A stretch of 64,000 nt of DNA from Phoronis australis (taxonomy: Eukaryota; Animalia; Phoronida): contig NMRA01000762.1 in NCBI GenBank assembly GCA_002633005.1, positions 62,001 to 126,000 on the forward strand, given 5' to 3'. The translations under genes were made by a program, and so were the position numbers. Positions within the stretch are counted from its first letter, which is position 1. Each line of letters begins with the position of its first letter. Positions 62,475-64,000 of the stretch are shown here, piece by piece. The notes beneath the pieces are model-generated. The model ran no database searches. It was not told the origin of the DNA and was given only the letters and a program-made list of their open reading frames with translations.

Positions 62475-64000
62475 ATGGCTCAGCCGCCACAAATTCAGCG
62501 TGGAATTGTAAAACAGGTGATTAAAATTTATCAGTAGTGGATCTTCATGTCATTCGGTCTATATGCTACAATTTGAGGTCGTGTTTTTTCGTAACTTATA
62601 CATTTTTGCTCTGAAACTAATCCCAAACAAACACCCGTGATCACTTTGCTGCCGTCCACCAACGCTTGTTTACGTGGCATGCCACTGTTAACACATGTTT
62701 CCGGGTAGCGGAAGTGATTTACTTTCCTTCACAATTACTAGAAGCCCATGAAGTATTTTATGACAAACGTTGCTCATTTATGTGATTGTTCCATTATTTG
62801 AATGTTTTTTTATACATTTTGGAAATACTTAATTAACAGTTATAACCTCATTGCATTATAACAGCTGTTCACTGTTTTTTACTCATTTCAGTAGGATAAT
62901 AATCTTAATACTTGGATAGATGGGTTCCTGATTTGAAATGGATTTGAGAACCAGTTACCGCCACTAAATAAAGCCCATTATTCAGTGGAAGTAACTGGTT
63001 CTCAAATCTGGGACCCACCTATTCAACTAGTATCATTTTTTCATCCCAGTACTTTGGCTAGTGTCCACATAAATCAAATTTGCTCTGCATAATCATTGAT
63101 AACAACATAAAGCCTCTGTGCTCAAACAGACCTGGTATAGTAATATAACTGTAATGTATAAAAACTGCAGTGCAAGAATAAACTTAACCAAGTTGTGATG
63201 GTGTGCAAGTGTTCGGAGTTCAAAATTTTCCTCGTGACTGCTAATTTTTTAAACTATGATTCAAGTGAAGTGTTGCATGGTCAGTGATCGTCTGCATTCC
63301 AGTCAAGTCTTCTCTGGCGGCTCTCGGGGGATGGCGTGTTATTGGCTCCGAAATTCTATTCAGCAAACAGTAACAGAATCTTTTTGATGGCGAAACTTGC
63401 ACTGTTCTCTAAGACAAATTGATCTTTCCAGGCTGCTACGTGAAGCCATTTCCAAATTTGCTGTCGCCAATGGGGATGAAAAAGAGCATTGGCATTGAAA
63501 AGTGAGCGACCAAATAATACTCTGCCATCCATGCGGATTTTCAAAAAAGCCAGTCCAGAACCAACTATGCTTTCCTTGACCTATCAAATGAAACTCAAGA
63601 ATGTTGTACTTAAAAATAGCAAGTACATTTTGAGTTCTTCACAAAACACTAACTGTATAATAATGAAGCGCACACAACTCTTCACTTGTCAATCATGTGA
63701 CTAGGCTGTCGGCATGTTATTGTTCCATTAGTATTGTGTATTTTGTTCATGAGCCAGTAGTGACTATAAAGCTCATGACAAGTCCCACTACTCGTTACTC
63801 CATAATATCCCTATACGGTTCAAGCAAGTCAAGTTACAGGTTCGGACAAATACCATAACCTGTCGCAAAATTGAGCAGTATACATTCATCCATGACTGTT
63901 TTCAGGTTCTGTCAGGAGATGCTGTTATCATACGGGGTCAGCCAAAAGGTGGACCACCCCCTGAGAGGCTCATGTGCCTATCCAATGTTACGGCCCCTCG
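62475..64000 (+). CDS. SND1: Staphylococcal nuclease domain-containing protein 1 (Tudor-SN), first two exons; gene continues beyond the window
   Basis: Exon 1 at 62475-62516 ([14 protein letters not shown]|gtga) joins in phase 0 to exon 2 from 63906 (ttcag|[31 protein letters not shown]), the conserved SND1 N-terminus. Confidence 0.93.
62941..63008. other. Long intronic hairpin (pre-miRNA-like or MITE-derived) in SND1 intron 1
   Basis: GATTTGAGAACCAGTTAC pairs perfectly with GTAACTGGTTCTCAAATC (18 bp), followed by CCACT/AGTGG and AATAA/TTATT, with a 6-nt loop. Confidence 0.6.

Noticed and set aside
63300-63600. Nested antisense gene or RT fragment in SND1 intron 1
   Set aside because: Only a faint PSK..C..LLNRI resemblance to LINE RT amid stops; too weak to call.

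Overview
This is AT-rich, intron-containing, repeat-rich eukaryotic genomic DNA, most consistent with a marine invertebrate animal; the species cannot be determined from sequence alone. I assembled five protein-coding genes by hand from GT-AG splice sites. (1) A two-exon Core-2/I-branching beta-1,6-GlcNAc transferase (GT14/GCNT family), + strand 1004-3986. (2) A 13-exon, ~870-aa minus-strand gene (24959-8636) of the Sec23/24-like zinc finger + vWA 'circularly permutated Ras protein 1-like' family; it has no visible Ras domain but does have an FG/GLF-rich low-complexity N-terminus. (3) A single-coding-exon dual-specificity-phosphatase-like protein whose catalytic Cys is replaced by Ser (43826-45253). 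(4) The ciliary transition-zone gene TMEM216 (minus strand). (5) The first two exons of SND1/Tudor-SN, head-to-head with TMEM216 with ~290 bp between the start codons. Introns and intergenic DNA hold many transposon relics: an internally deleted Kolobok (THAP + KolX-like 5' ends, TTAA TSD), a decayed Academ (XPG/Cys8-type) element with long TIRs, Helentron-like non-autonomous elements carrying arrays of CTCF-like motifs, MITEs with apparent 5-bp TSDs, Penelope-type hammerhead-ribozyme motifs and tRNA-like inverted repeats. An 844-bp tandem duplication around a single N is probably an assembly artefact. All gene models and motif calls are by eye and have not been checked against databases.
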